DNA of 64,000 nt from Octopus vulgaris (lineage: Eukaryota), in NCBI GenBank assembly GCA_951406725.2, contig OX597824.1, positions 8,866,001-8,930,000 of the forward strand, given 5' to 3'. This document shows positions 12,786 through 27,763 of the stretch, piece by piece. The number at the start of each line of letters is the position of its first letter. Position 1 is the stretch's first letter. Made by a program: the position numbers and the translations under genes. A model generated the notes under the pieces. It did no database searches, was not told the DNA's origin, and worked only from the letters and a program-made list of their open reading frames with translations.

Positions 12786-13949
12786 CGCATATAACCTGAG
12801 TTTTTGCACCACCGGTCAAGCATAAACACTTTCGTTCATAACCTGTCTCTTTATAGCGAGGAAACCACTGCACGCCAATATACAAATACTTCTTTCTGTC
12901 ATTCTTTGTTTTTTCCTCTTTCATAAAAATAAAACAAAACCAAAAAAAAAACGACATTTAGGTATATCAAAATAGCATTGGTCACAGGATATGACTTGAA
13001 GAGAACTAAAATATTTTGGTAGTTATTTCTGAAGTTCTGTGAATTCTATACGGTTGGAATTTATTGGTTACTCAATCTTCGTTTTGTTTCACTTGTAAAT
13101 GAATTTATACTCGATTTATTTATTATTTGCTTTGTAGAAATTCTCTTAACGAATGGAAATAGAATACGTTTATACAAGTCGGTTAGTTTTTCGTTTTAGT
13201 ATATGTTGGAAGTTAATTCTTATTCCTGTCTTTTGAATGAAGTTTCTCTATGTTTGTAATTTTATTCGCTTTCATTTCCCTTGAAAGAAGTTTGAATGGC
13301 ATTCTAGGCCCATTATTATCTCGGCAGTGTGGAGAAGTGGTAAGATTTTGTAGGCTGGAGAATAAGCTTAAAATCTCTTGAATCTGAATTTTATTATATC
13401 TAAAAGAGAAGTGGGGAAAATAAATGTACAAAAAACACATACAAACACATAAAAAATAAAATAAATGAAAGATTTATTCTGATATAATGTATTGAATGCA
13501 AAAGAAGATATGTAACAATTGAAGAGAATCTGAGTAAAATATCGAATAATTTTGTATTAAAAAGTTACACATCTGCGTCCGAATAGATATAAACCGTAAC
13601 AAAAGCAAAATTCGCCCAGAGATATAAAAATGGCAGAATTACAAATTCTATAATCAATTGGGTCATAGGAGAATTTATTCGATGCTTTGATTTGAATTCA
13701 CTACATTTCGTGAGTGAGACACGGCACTGCACAGGGAGAGTTCTATCAGCCACAGATTAATAACCAATGGACCTCTGAGTGTTAGTCTGACACCATATCA
13801 ACTCAGGAAATTGGTAGGTTTGACAGTAAGAGTTTTAACAGATTTCTATAGGCCAGACTAGAATATTAAGTAACTGACTGTTAAAACATAATGCAAAGCA
13901 TTTAAGCGAGAGATTCTATTATGAAAATACCAACGCAAAAGCAGTGAAG

Positions 13950-14275
13950 CATAGGTAGAGCTGCATGAGTAGGGATTTCGTTTCCCGGGCCTGGGTGTCT
14001 GGGATCGATCTCACGCATTGGAACACTTGGCCATGTGTCTTTCTATCTTTGGTTCATGTTGACGAATACCTTGTGACTAAAACTTTGTGTGTTTGTGAAT
14101 ATGAATGCCTGTTTGCACAACGGTGTTAGGAAGGATATCCAGACGTAAAAATCCTGCCAAAACAAGGTGTGTGTTTGTAACTGGCCGACTCCTATCAACC
14201 GTCCTATCCATCCATGCATGAAGATGAATATTAAACGACGACGACGATGTTGATTATGATGATTATGATGATGAT
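13950..14275 (+). mobile_element. Old degenerate SINE with CORE-like head, ttaggaaggatatccag domain and (GAT)n tail
   Basis: The 3' part resembles 32512-32666, and both end in GAT repeats like the RTE tails in this window. Confidence 0.45.
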
Positions 14276-14472
14276 ATCGATGTTTTACTTCAATAGAGAA
14301 TTTTATCACAGCTCAAATGTTTGAGGATAAATTTTCTTTGCACTCTTTTTGAGTGACACTCGATTAAGTCGTACTCTAGTGAGTTTACGTGCCGTTTATT
14401 GTATCACTCTCCTCCTTATGTGTATGTGTATATATATATATATATTTGTGTGTGTATGTGTGTGTACACATG

Positions 14473-14537
<65 letters not shown>

Positions 14538-14637
14538 GAATATATATATATATGCCGTGCTCAAGTGTCACACAATGTATGTTAAATCTAAGGAGATGGT
14601 GTGAAATATAATTGTTCTAGTCTTTTATACTTTTACT

Positions 14638-14742
14638 TTGGTCGGCCCGAGGCTATAGTAGAAGATACTTGCTCAAGGTACCTCGTAGTGGAAATGAACC
14701 CGGTACCATGAGATTGGAAAGCATGCTGCTTACCACACAGTT
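14638..14742 (-). mobile_element. SINE family B 5' fragment
   Basis: ttggtcggcccgaggctatagtagaagatacttgctcaagg...cttaccacacag. Confidence 0.7.
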
Positions 14743-15763
14743 TAACAATTTAACTTATTGCTTTTATCTGTTGCTCATTTTAACACGTTTTCGATTGCTT
14801 TTGTTTTGCAAGCCTTGTTTTAAGGGTCGGTCGGTGGAACTACTTTCAGTAGAAGGAAGAATTCCATGGGCTCCATTCTCCTACTGTTGATTAACACACA
14901 AAATCAAACACTTAGATACAAACTACTGAAAAAAGAAAAAAGGTTTAAACAAAGGATTTAGTTTAAGATCTGCATCAATACTTATTTAATATTTGATTGC
15001 AAAACGATGAACGAGAAAAGGTGATTTCACTCGGAATTGAACCCAGAATGTAAAGCGGCATAGCTAAATAACTACAATGCCTTTTGTCCGTTCAGTTATT
15101 CCAGTAATTCTGCTTCGCATATCGATATCAATTGCTATAATAAGCACAATTTCAGCTATGATGGAGAGCATTGTACATGAATGCAATTGACTACGAGGAT
15201 ATATAAATGAATATACGAAATATAATGCCAGAGAATGAGATATAACGGATTTATTATAAAATATGATCTAACAGAATGTAATAAAATGTGTTTTATAACA
15301 GAATATGAGAGACATTTGCATTGTAATAATTCGTATAATTTGCGAATCAAAATATCAGAAAGGTGGCGAATGCAACTCTGAAAGATAATCAAACGAAATA
15401 TTACGCCAGTGCGTAGTCATTTATGCCTCTTTACCGTCAAGCCATTATATTACAAGATCTATATCCATTCTGAAAATGGTGGTAGAGATAAAACATATAA
15501 ATACATTGTGATAATGTTTTATTCTTAGGGCTTAAATGAACAGATACACGTAATCTTTCGCCATTATGAGGAGAGTAAAGCATTTAGGAATCGTTCTGCT
15601 CTCGTCAGTAGAATTATATCGGTTTGGAAATGAAGCAAGAATGCATTATGCATAAAACCTCTGTGTGTGTACACACACGCATATATACACAAGTACGCAC
15701 AGGTATATACACGTGCACACACACACACACTCACACACTAATTTGTACACAAAACACGAATGT

Positions 15764-15900
15764 GTGTGAATTTACAGAAGAACAAAGGACGAAGACAGGT
15801 GTGTAAACAATAAACAGGTGTATTAGTTTAACGCTCGGGAAGGTGAGAAAGTCTTTTACGTTTTTATACTACGCTCTTCAACAGAAAGGAACACAATGAA
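15764..15900 (-). mobile_element. Family D repeat (hammerhead-like motif decayed)
   Basis: Minus strand cctttctgttgaagagcgtagtataaaaacgtaaaagactttctcaccttcccgagcgttaaactaatacacctg; next to (TA)n. Confidence 0.6.
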
Positions 15901-15911
15901 ATACACACAGA

Positions 15912-15981
<70 letters not shown>

Positions 15982-15982
15982 G

Positions 15983-16015
<33 letters not shown>

Positions 16016-16292
16016 ATATATATATATATATCAACATTATTATCGTCACCACCAGCACCGTTACCACATAAATATACATTGTATGTGTTTAGTGTATTAT
16101 TTCCACTTTAGCATTTATTGCAATTAAGCGGAGATTGTAATCAATAGTGTTAAGGTGTGTAAAATAATGTATTTTCTTTTTCTTTCTTTTCAAATTTCTG
16201 TACGTGAGAATCGGAGTTTCTAATTTCGCATCTCAAGCGGGTATGGCTCACTGCTCGCTTGGTGGTGCACAACAACAGAAAGAGCAAAAAGT

Positions 16293-16308
16293 GCTGCTGC
16301 TGCTGCTG

Positions 16309-16353
<45 letters not shown>

Positions 16354-16354
16354 T

Positions 16355-16387
<33 letters not shown>

Positions 16388-16490
16388 CACCACCACCACC
16401 ACCACCACCACCACCACTACTACTACTACTACCACCACCACCACCACCACCACCACTACTACTACTACTAGTACTACTACTACAACTACA

Positions 16491-16531
<41 letters not shown>
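16293..16531. repeat. Compound trinucleotide microsatellite (CTG)n(CTA)n(CCA)n(ATA)n
   Basis: Direct reading. Confidence 0.95.
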
Positions 16532-16534
<3 letters not shown>

Positions 16535-16617
16535 CATTGATAATGATGTTGGTAGTAATAATAAATATATGAAGGTGCGTGCATTTATATATATATATAT
16601 ATAATTATATATATCTG

Positions 16618-16723
<106 letters not shown>

Positions 16724-16789
16724 CAAAAAGTGGGTACGTAGCCGCCATATATTTTTTTACTTTTACATATATATATATATATATATACA

Positions 16790-16870
<81 letters not shown>

Positions 16871-17729
16871 GTGTGTTTATACATATATAAAGAAACATGA
16901 AAATGGAAACGCAGTAAGATGCGAAATAATAATAATAATAATAAAAAAAACGTCGAAAATAATATCACTGTAAATCCTTGGTTAACAATGAAACAATGAA
17001 ATTTGGAATTACAAATCACGCATGTAAGCTATAATGGAAATCGTATGTGCCTATGGGATAAGCATTTCAATGAAGCATAATAGAAGCTAACAGAAATCAA
17101 GGAGGCTCTTTACATATATGTTGGTTACAGATAATCTGCTCTGAATGTTAGCCGCAGTCGTCACTGCTCTAATATCGTTGCATTAGGTGAATGAGTTTGC
17201 GTAACAATAAGGGAAGCTTCCTCCGAATTTGCAAAAAGGATCACTAGATTTGCTAGAAATAGTAGCGAAATTGGTTCCCAAATTTTCTTGGTGTCTTTTA
17301 TTGTTTACATATTACTGTATTCAGTGGAGCAGATCGACCTAAGTAAATATGTATATTTTTGATTCTATAGGCCGTTTTTAATCGAACCGCTAGCAAACTA
17401 GACCCCCAAGCTCAACGGTCTATGATTTATTCAATCAAAGACAAAATCTCTGGAATGCAATCCTACAATCCATTGTGACACAGCCAGTTTGTTAAATGTA
17501 GAAAAAAATGCACCGAAAGTTAAATGATTGGCTAGTTTTCAGAGTCTTTCCCAGAGATATATGGGGACAAATTATTAGTTAGATGGTGTACTGATTTCCT
17601 TATACGACCATCTCATTCAGAAAATGTTTTGTTACCCATAAAGTAAAAAATCACGTGATAGGGTAGTCCTGGCTATGGAAGTAGCGATGGTTGTCGGCCC
17701 TTGGCGATACCGATGACGTCTCCAGTTCT

Positions 17730-18567
17730 TGTACTTACTTGTTTTTCTAAAATACACCATAAATGTTCAATAAATTTGAGATCTTCGGACTGTGGTGGTC
17801 AGATAAGATGTTCAACTTCACTAGAGAGATCTTCGTGCCATTCAGTAACAACTTTAGCTGTGTAAATCGGTGCATTATCATCCTGAAGAATTGCGTTTCC
17901 CTCCGGAAACAGTTCTGCAACCAAAGGATGAATTTGATCAGATAGAATGCGTAAATAGTCTTGACTATTAATCCTGCCATGAAGGGAAACCATTGGCTGG
18001 GGGATTTCCATGATATAGTCTCCCAGATCATCACAGATCCTCCTCCATGTTTAACACTTGGAAGACAGCAGTTTGGGTCAAATGCTTCTTTTGGCTGTCT
18101 CCACACGTATGACTCGTCTGAGAAAATAACATTCTTCCATTGCTCAAGGGACCAATTCTTTAGGTTTTTACCCCATTCAAAACGCTTTGCAACCTTTGTT
18201 TCTGAAAGTAGTGGTTTTTTGATTGCAGCCCTCCCGTGAAATCCGGTTTTATGCAAGCTCCCGATGAACAGTTTTGTGGAAACTGGGTTCCCGAGGTGCT
18301 AATTAAGTTCTGTAATAATTTTGGGAGTTGTACTTCTATGATCCTATCAAACAATTCGCGTAAGAGTCCGACGGTCCCTATCTGAAAGATGTGGTTTTTT
18401 TGAGAGATTTGTTTCAACGAGGTTTTCCTCTCTTTCCCAAAGGCTGTCATTACTTTCGAGACAGTACTTCTTGACAAACCAAACATTTCGACTATTTTCG
18501 TTACACTAGCACCTGCCATACAAGCACGAACAATTTGACCTCTTTGAAAGTCCGATAGATCTGTCAT
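17730..18567 (-). pseudogene. Tc1-like (DD34E) transposase pseudogene, frameshifted
   Basis: HTH N-terminus MTDLSDFQRGQIV...GLSRSTVSKV (18160-18567); KKPLLS...WKNVIFSDES...PSVKHGGGSVMIW (17747-18256); LQDDNAPIYTA (17799-18011); then a ..FIEHLWCILEKQV remnant. Confidence 0.9.
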
Positions 18568-18756
18568 TTTAAAGAATTTTAATTATCTTTTTCTGATGAT
18601 ATCGGAAAAGAAATAGCTATTCTAGCAAAACCTTTTAAGCAACACTAATAATAAATCGAAAAACATAAAAATATACAAGCATTTGACGGTTTTATAGATA
18701 TTTCAAAATTATGATGCTATGATGCTAGGTGTTTCCGTCATTTTGTGCAACCCCTG
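17730..18756 (-). mobile_element. Tc1-family DNA transposon, 3'-truncated
   Basis: One TIR-like end (minus strand TA|CAGGGGTTGCACAAAATGACGGAAACACC, TA at 18757-18758). Transposase remnants lie in three frames; the second TIR was not found. Confidence 0.85.
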
Positions 18757-19035
18757 TATATAGCAAATGAAAGACAGAAGATGGAATATACGAGATTTTA
18801 TATATACACATACACACATGTTTATATTTATATATACTTACATACTTTTATATATATAAATATATAAAATCGAAGCTCGTAAAAACCACATCAATCATAT
18901 CTTCTCTTTCTTGTTTGTGTGTATTTTAAAACTGTATCATTTAATATGCTTCTTCTTTCCTAAGAAAGAAGGGAATAATTTAAAGATTTCACTCTGACAA
19001 AACCGAATGTTATCCATATTGATTAGAATTCTATG

Positions 19036-19036
<1 letters not shown>

Positions 19037-19110
<74 letters not shown>

Positions 19111-19193
19111 CTTATCTATCCATCTATCTATCCATCTATAGTCCTGTGTGGCTAATAAAGAAACTTATCTGTCCATATACCTATCTATCTATC

Positions 19194-19239
<46 letters not shown>

Positions 19240-19283
19240 ATATATATATATATCCATTTATCTATTTATCTTTCTATCTATCC

Positions 19284-19340
<57 letters not shown>

Positions 19341-19341
19341 C

Positions 19342-19375
<34 letters not shown>

Positions 19376-19420
19376 CCATTTATCTCTCTCTCTATCTCTA
19401 TCTATCTGTCTGTCTGTCTA
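19037..19420. repeat. (TATC)n tract containing a ~25-bp tail of the element at 1-200
   Basis: cctgtgtggctaataaagaaac at ~19143-19164 between TATC runs. Confidence 0.8.
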
Positions 19421-19737
19421 TGTTGGTAAGTGTGAGTGCGTGCATGCATGTGTATATAGATGGTGCGTTTCCTGATATAAAAGACACTCTGCACTATAAA
19501 ACACTATATATTTTGGTAATAGATTTAGAAACGTCTGTATTTGATCTCCGTATGTCTATCAGGTATTAAATTAACCGCCACCAGGAAATGACATATTTGA
19601 TACCGAGCAGAATATCAATTTATAGCATTTACTTATATCCATATCTGCTGGCATGTCTGTGAACGACTCTATGTTTTTGTGCGTACGTGTGCATAGCTGT
19701 TGTGTGTGTTTGTGGGAGAGAAATTTGTGTGCGTGTA

Positions 19738-19794
<57 letters not shown>

Positions 19795-19935
19795 CGAGTG
19801 GTGGTATGTGAGCGCTTATGAGCTTACGAGTGCATTCAAGTATGAATTTTTTTCCACTCATATTTCTATATCGGTAAAACTTCAATCTCAACATAACGAC
19901 TTGATTAAAATATTTTTGTTTGTATGCATGTATGA

Positions 19936-19986
<51 letters not shown>

Positions 19987-20028
19987 TTACATACATATAT
20001 ATATGTATATGTGTATGTGTGTGTATAG

Positions 20029-20080
<52 letters not shown>

Positions 20081-20394
20081 GTGTTCCGTGTGTATTATCT
20101 GTCTTTCCTTATGCATCTGTGAATAATGCCTACATGTATATATTTATACATTCTTAAGCGCGTGCATTTGGGCATAATGTGTTATATTTTTAGAGAAAAT
20201 AGATTAACTCACCTAAATTCTTACATCAAATATAGATACATGTTTATGCGAGTATTATATGTTAATGTTTGTGTGTAGGCGTTCGCATGCAAAAGCAAAA
20301 GTGTCATCTACGTAAGTATGACAACCACGAGATATCAGATTCGTCCTCACATCGTGCCATCTTATGGCGAAGGCAATTTCCAATAAACTTGGAT

Positions 20395-20605
20395 TAACCG
20401 ATTGGTTGTGAAGGAAACTGGGTGGATGAGAATCGCCGGGTTGATTGCATCTGTAGTTGGAAGGTACGGCCTTGTAAGAGGATGTGTCATACTGCTATGC
20501 CTGGAAATTAATTTAGGGGCACATGTGTCTGTGAAATGCGTAGGCACTTCAGCGCTAATTTAGATAAACGAACAATTGAATTCTCCTCGTCGAAACCGAC
20601 GGAGA
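20395..20605 (+). mobile_element. Old SINE remnant sharing the family A 3' region
   Basis: gcacatgtgtctgtg...ctcgtcgaaaccgacggag resembles the family A tail (cgtcgtcgtaaccgacggagtgcc). Confidence 0.4.
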
Positions 20606-21247
20606 ACCCAAACTACACAGACACCGCTCATACAGACGCATGCACACATGCATTAGCATGTAAATAGCATAAAAAGCACGCACGTGAATATGTATGTGTG
20701 AGAGTGGGTGTGTTTGCAAATATGTGTGCGTGCGGTTGTCGATCTTTGACTAAAGCGAATTTTAAAAATTTTCTTTCGTGAAAAGAAATTTTCAAAAAAA
20801 GAAAAAACAGAAAAAATATATATAAACCAATAATAATAACAACGTTGCAAATATGTTTTAGAAGAGGTAGGTGTGGCGGTAATAGCTTAAGGAGGAATGG
20901 AAGCAATCTTTGACCTTTTCCAGCATTGAAAAGTTTCCGAGTTTCTGAGATTGACGTGAGTGAAGGAAAAAGTGTTTAGAAAAAAATTCATGTGAGTTGC
21001 GTAGGGTCTTGTGACTGGAGAATGATCAGGTCTTCGTTCACATTTAGATTAAAAAAATAAAACATCAACAGAAATATTCTGATCAAAAGAGTACTGAAAC
21101 ACCATAGTTAAATACATAGGCTTTTTTTTTGCTCTGCTACTTTGTTGCCCATATGAAGTGCATTCCAGATGTTCTGAGACTTCTGTAGGAGAGGCAGTTA
21201 TAAATGTCCTAGATTATAATTTTAGTATGTCGGTATTATACGTCTAA

Positions 21248-21589
21248 TCATCATCATTGTTCGACCGTGGTCGAGACAATGGAATTTGCTATGTTACGTC
21301 AGACTTCACGGTCCATCATAGCATTACAGAGGTCCTGTTGCTGGATGCCTGTATCCCTGGAGATTACATCAGGGTAGGAGAATGTGCGCCCTCTGGTATC
21401 GCGAGCAGATGGCTTCCAGAGGAGAAGAGTAGAAATTATCTCGTTTACAGCTCTACAACAATGTCCAGCAAACTGGACTCTTCTACCTTTCACAAGAGAT
21501 AATATAGGTGGTAATTCCCCATATATTTGTACTTCGGTTGGATGACGCTTCCACGAGAGATTTTGAGCTCTCATAAGGAGGCAAGTGTA
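21248..21589 (-). mobile_element. RTE-clade LINE 3' fragment inserted in the mariner
   Basis: ORF MRAQNLSWKRHPT...GRRVQFAGHCCRA...DTGIQQQDL...; (TGA)n tail; close match to 28835-29178. Confidence 0.85.
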
Positions 21590-21806
21590 ATAGGCTGACC
21601 TGGTAACTTTTATTATTCCAGATTGAAGGAGAGAGCTGTAACAACACTTTCAAGACACCTTATTAAACACTGCTTGTCACAGCTGTCTAGTTTCCAGAAT
21701 ATAATCGGAACGTGGAGACAGTTTGGGAGCCCGCTATGCATTAACGCTTTGTGTTAAACAGAGTAACAACTTGCAAAGAAATATATGAAATGTTCCAGAA
21801 TGCTTA

Positions 21807-22160
21807 TTGATTAAGCTGTATGTGCCGAGTGTATGTTTTTCGCTTGCACAAGCGGCGAGGCAAAGCAGGGCAATGAGGAAAATTATCATGAGACCCTTTT
21901 CTGATAGCAAGAGCGTCATCTACATCCACTGGATTCGCTCTGGCAGCAAAGTGCCCTTCGTGAAGATTTTATGGGAGATACGGAAGAGATTTCATCGCAG
22001 AAGTCCAGAACACTTACACCAGGACAATGCACCGATCTATAATTCCATCCTAGCACCATCTAACTACGTGCCAAAGATGGACATCAAAACTGTCCTTCAG
22101 CTAATTTGTAATCCAGACCTTACACTCTGTGAATTTTGGTTGTTACCCGAGCTGATGTAG
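21807..22160 (+). pseudogene. Mariner transposase C-terminal remnant
   Basis: LHQDNAP...ICNPDLTLCEFWLLPEL corresponds to the mariner LHHDNAPAH...YSPDLAPCDFWLFPKL motifs. Confidence 0.75.
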
Positions 22161-25100
22161 AGGATTAAGGAGACCGTGACAAGGGTCATAGACACCTTCA
22201 ATGTGAAGGAGGACTTTTCATGGGGCTTTCACGAAGGGGCTGATAGCGCTACAAGTTCATTGAAGTTTAAAGGAGATTTGTATTTTGAAGGAGGTTGGTA
22301 TTTCTTTGAAATTAACAAATGTCTCTCCTAAAAAAGTCTCCAAACTTCTGGAATGCACTCTCTTTCTTAAGTCGTGAAAAATCTTGTTTACTCTGTGTAC
22401 TGTTTCTCCTACACAAAGTAAGATAGAGATACAGGAGATAATGAATTTAATGGAGTTAATGCATTGGTTAAATTCAATAGCCTCAGAATATCAGTCTTTA
22501 TCTACAGTTTCTTGATGTTAATGAGATTAAAGATATATCAGTCAAGAATCGGAATGGGATGTAAATTTATAAAATAAATGAAACAGAATCTAGCTTTGCA
22601 AGATATACTAAAATCTGGTTAGCAATATAAAGACGCACACAGACATATATGTATAGAATTAAACGTCTCTTGAAACGACAGAAAACTTAAGGTGATATAC
22701 AAATCAGGTACCAGTGATTTTTATCGGAATCCCTATCTATAAGAATCTATCGATCTATTATACGTAAACAAATCATCAGCTTGCTGTTTAAGTGAATTAC
22801 TAATATAAATTCGCACATCGAGTTCTTGCTTATTTGCCGATTAAACAAAGCCCTTCAGACGTTTCGCGTACTTCATTCACTTTTGTTATTTGCTCACTTA
22901 TACACACACGTACACAAGTACTCACAGAAGCACGTAGACAAACACACACATGCACACCTGTATGTAGGTAAAGATCACTTAACATGACTTAAATTTGAGG
23001 CAAAAAAGGAAGAAATGCACCAAAAATACTACGCGGTGTCACATACGTACATGTGTTCGAAAAGTGTAGAAATATAAAGGAAAAAAACCAACAAACAAAG
23101 AAATGTACAATGAACTTGAAACTCTAAAGGAAGAAACAGAATAGAATCTGAACCTTTGGGTGATATACTTTATGAAATAGAAAAAAATAAAGGAAACGTG
23201 TAATGGGAAAATATTTTTTTCAGTGTTTGATAAATTAGACTTTTGCATAACAAAATTATCACTTAATCAATTTTAATGACTTAATCATTTCTACGGGTAT
23301 TCTAAAACATTACATTATACTTTTTTAAAATTCACGGTGCATCAAGACTTCTCGTTTGAAAGCTAGCTTTAGGTCCACTAAACGGAACAAAAATGTCAAA
23401 ATACCACGCATTTCTGAATCAGCAGCTAGCTTCTCTCATACCTGGACCAGCAGCTTGTTTCACACCTGAGTTAGCAGCTTCCCTATTATGCTGTTAAGTT
23501 ATTTCCACCATATACGCCTCGATGTCGTTGCTATAACAATAAACCACGGCATCAATAAGACAGACCACCTTAAAATAAGGAACACACACAAACACACACA
23601 TATACACACACACATACACTCACAATCGCTCATTGCTGATGTTGAGAAACCACATACGATTTAACACAATATTAATTCAGCATTTTCTCCCAAAAATCTT
23701 CTGCCGAATACGAACAGAAATATCTGGCAAAATAAGCAAGGTATCATCTACGTTGTCGGTCGAGCCCTTAGAAACAGAGAAACAAAATGGAGATCGCTGT
23801 TCAACAAGGTCTAACCCCTCGATGTATACATGCACATATGAATATATATATATATATATATACATAGCTTCTTCCACGAAAAGATAGTTTAAACTGTGCT
23901 CTAAATGGAGGTGTAGTCAAATCCTATGCGTAGTCAAATCCTATTTTATAGACTCAACCATGTTCTAAAATAAGTCGAAAGGTAACCTACTATAAATCGG
24001 CACGAACTTTCCGGATAACCCAATATTTACATTTGTATTTCTTATTATTGGTGTGATTGGTCAACTTACTAAATCGCTAGAATAAGCTTGAAGAAAAATT
24101 GGTTTCTTAGAGAGATAAAGGGTCATACAGACATGCATACGAAGAATTCCTTTTGTAAAAAGAATAGTCGTAATATGTGATCTTCAATCTAGACTTCGTA
24201 TGAAAATCTTTTACAGACAAGTGTATTTCTCTCTTTGGACGAATAATAGACTTCTATCTTGAAGGTTTGATTAAATTCAGGCAAGGTATTCAGTTTGTAT
24301 ATAAACACCATACATTTTACAACTAGTATACTTAGTAGAAGGGAATAGACTTTTATTAAAATTCTGAGAGACCTGTCTTAGATATTTGGAATAATGGATA
24401 ATATAGATGCAAATAAACGTATCAAACCGAAGCCAGTAACCTGAAAACTGGAGCCATTAAATGCATTTAGATTTAAAAGCGAGTTGCAAGTTCTCAATCT
24501 TGTAACATTGTCATAAGTATATATGGCTTCTGATCTGTAGTTGATAAGGAGCGTTAATACTTCTGTTTAATGCACTGCGCGTATATATTTTTGTAAGTAT
24601 GTATCAACATATATATATATACAAAGTTAAAGCAATGATATTGAAACATCATTTAGTAGGTAACAAGCAGTGGAGTGGATACGATAATGGAATCGTATCA
24701 TTACAGCTGAGCGTTCATATTACGATAGGTGCATTAGTACTATAACTTACTAGCAAGGCAGTAAAATCTATATTTCTACTTAAGAAATCACTATACCTTT
24801 GAGCTGGACGTATTGTCCTACTAGTTTTAGTTTTTCCAATCCGTAGTAGGAGATCGTTTGAGATTTAAGTGTCAAGCTAGATACGACAGACCAACTTAAA
24901 TGTACCAGTCAATATACCCCCTACCTACATACATATATACTCACAACAACCCACACACATACATACACACACAGACACACACATTTACACACACGTACAA
25001 GCATATATATTTATTCAAATATGTATATGTATATACGTACATACTCACACCCATCTACACACATACATACAGACACAGACACACACATTTACACAATCGT

Positions 25101-25227
25101 ACACGCATATATATTTCTTCAAATATGTATATGAGTATACGTAGGTCACTCACACCGACATATGTAAAGTATATTTTAACAACCACATACAAATTCTCGA
25201 ACACATACACACTCGTACATCCGTACA

Positions 25228-25263
<36 letters not shown>

Positions 25264-25310
25264 TATATACACACACATATATATATATACATATATATAT
25301 ATACATACAC

Positions 25311-25372
<62 letters not shown>

Positions 25373-25477
25373 GCATATATATACATACACACATACCTAC
25401 ATACATACATACATACATAAAAACATATATATACAAACATATATATGTATATTTATATATATGCATATATCTATATA

Positions 25478-25553
<76 letters not shown>

Positions 25554-25902
25554 TATATGTTTGTATATATGTAGCTATGCATGTATATATAGACATAACC
25601 ATACATAGTAAACACAATTATCAAAGACGACATTTCGTGCTACGCCAGTATATATCCATTTATTCATAAATGCAACAATACTGGATAAAAGTCATAGCTA
25701 CACGCCATCTTTACAGAAATCTGCAGTACGTCAAGTATTATTTATAATAAATCTTACGTGATTTCCATGATTCTCTGAACCCATTCATAACTATTTATTT
25801 CAGCTTAAAGATGAACGTGGATGACAACGCTTGCTTGCTTCCATGCACTCGCTTAAGCATGCACACGGTTGTATGTATGCATAGGCACTGTCATAGTATA
25901 CA

Positions 25903-25998
<96 letters not shown>

Positions 25999-26170
25999 GT
26001 ATATATGTATGTATATGTATATGTATGTGTATGTACACACGCACACACACACACAAACGCATACTTGCAACGTATACACAAATGTTTAGTATGCATAAGC
26101 ACGCACACACAACCATATAACTTATATACCCAAGCATATACATACGTATGTCTCTCTTTCTCTCCCCCTT

Positions 26171-26219
<49 letters not shown>

Positions 26220-26386
26220 CATACATATATATATATAGTTCTGTACAAGCATAAAATGTATATATATAGGTATTTATATATATGTATATATATGTATATA
26301 TATATATAAATATATATATATATGTATATATATATATATTATATATATATATATATACATATATATCTATATATACATATATATAC

Positions 26387-26446
<60 letters not shown>

Positions 26447-26864
26447 TGCATACATAGGTGGATCAATCGATCGCTCGATAGATAGATAGAAAGATAGAAA
26501 GAAATATGTTTATATGTATAAATACATGAAGCGTTCGTATGAATGTACAAATATATGTTTATAAATATATATGTTTAAGACACGCAAACAGGTGTTTGTG
26601 TGTGTGTGTATCTGTGTGTATTTCTGTTTTATTTAATATATATCCAAACACTACGGTCACCCGCACACATATTAAAAGACATACACGAGCGGTATGGCAT
26701 ATTGTCGTGTAAGAGAAATATATGCAGAAAAAAGTAAATAAATGCAGCCAAAATACGCCGGAAGAATTTTACAATGAGCAGATGGTAAGCAGTAAAAAGA
26801 ATCGCTGATGCAAAGACAAAAAAAAAAAAAAGGGAAATAACAATGAAAGCACTATCACCACGAG

Positions 26865-26906
<42 letters not shown>

Positions 26907-27099
26907 TATCATCAAATGCATCACTCTGTTGTAATGCACATGTTATATAGGTATGTCAGAGAAATGACCGGAAATCAAGATTTCACCAGAGATCGCAACG
27001 GAGAGATGGAAAATAAAATGGATATTTAGGGAGCAATCTTTCTTCCGGATATTTTCGTCTATCTACGGCGGAAGCGGTACTGACATGGGAGAGGAACCC

Positions 27100-27492
27100 T
27101 CTTCTTCTTCTTCTTCTTCTTCTTCTTCTTCTTCTTCTTCTTCTTCTTTTCTTCTTCTTTCTTTTTTCTTCTTCTTCTTCTTCTTCTTCTTCTTTCTTCT
27201 TCTTCTTCTTCTTCTTCTTCTTCTTTCTTCTTCTTCTTCTTCTTCTTCTTCTTCTTCTTCTTCTTTTTCCTTCTTCTTCTTCTTCTTCTTCTTCTTCTTC
27301 TTCTTCTTTCTTCTTCTTCTTCTTCTTCTTCTCTTCTTCTTTCTTCTTCTTCTTCTTCTTCTTCCTTCCTTCCTTCTTCTTCTTCTTCTTCTCCTCCTCC
27401 TCCTCCTCCTCCTCTCTCTCCTTCTTTCGCTTCCTCCTTTTCCTTATTTTACGTCCTATCCTCTACTTTACGCTTTCTTCTTCTTCTTCTTA
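27100..27492. repeat. (CTT)n microsatellite, imperfect
   Basis: Direct reading. Confidence 0.95.
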
Positions 27493-27763
27493 TTTCCTTC
27501 GCCAACAAATTGAATACAAGTTAAGTATATCAATTGTTAAGTATATCAAATGGCCACTCTGCAGTTCTAATTGATTTTGCCTTACTACAATAAACACCAG
27601 TCAAAGAGATATGTACTGTACTTGCTACAGAATAAACAGTAACCAAATAAACTTAATTGACACTACCCCTATCATTAATACCCATTAAGTAACTCCGATT
27701 CTATCCTCCCACCAGCTATGAGCTTCCGTCAGTCAATGTTGTCTACGAATCTGCTCGTGTATA

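Larger units (their letters stand above)
21154..22361 (+). mobile_element. Decayed mariner-family DNA transposon with both TIRs
   Basis: Left end agtgcattccagatgttctgagactt (~21157-21182) vs right end aagtctccaaacttctggaatgcact (22334-22359). The internal ORF contains HLHQDNAPIY and NPDLTLCEFWLLPEL. Confidence 0.75.

Noticed and set aside
18592-18615. CTGATGA...GAAA hammerhead-like words (also at ~31603, ~41699 and ~58103)
   Set aside because: No pairable stems I-III or NUH site.
23913-23945. Short direct duplication gtagtcaaatcctat, and loose agcagct repeats at 23420-23480
   Set aside because: Consistent with ordinary slippage duplications; no further structure.
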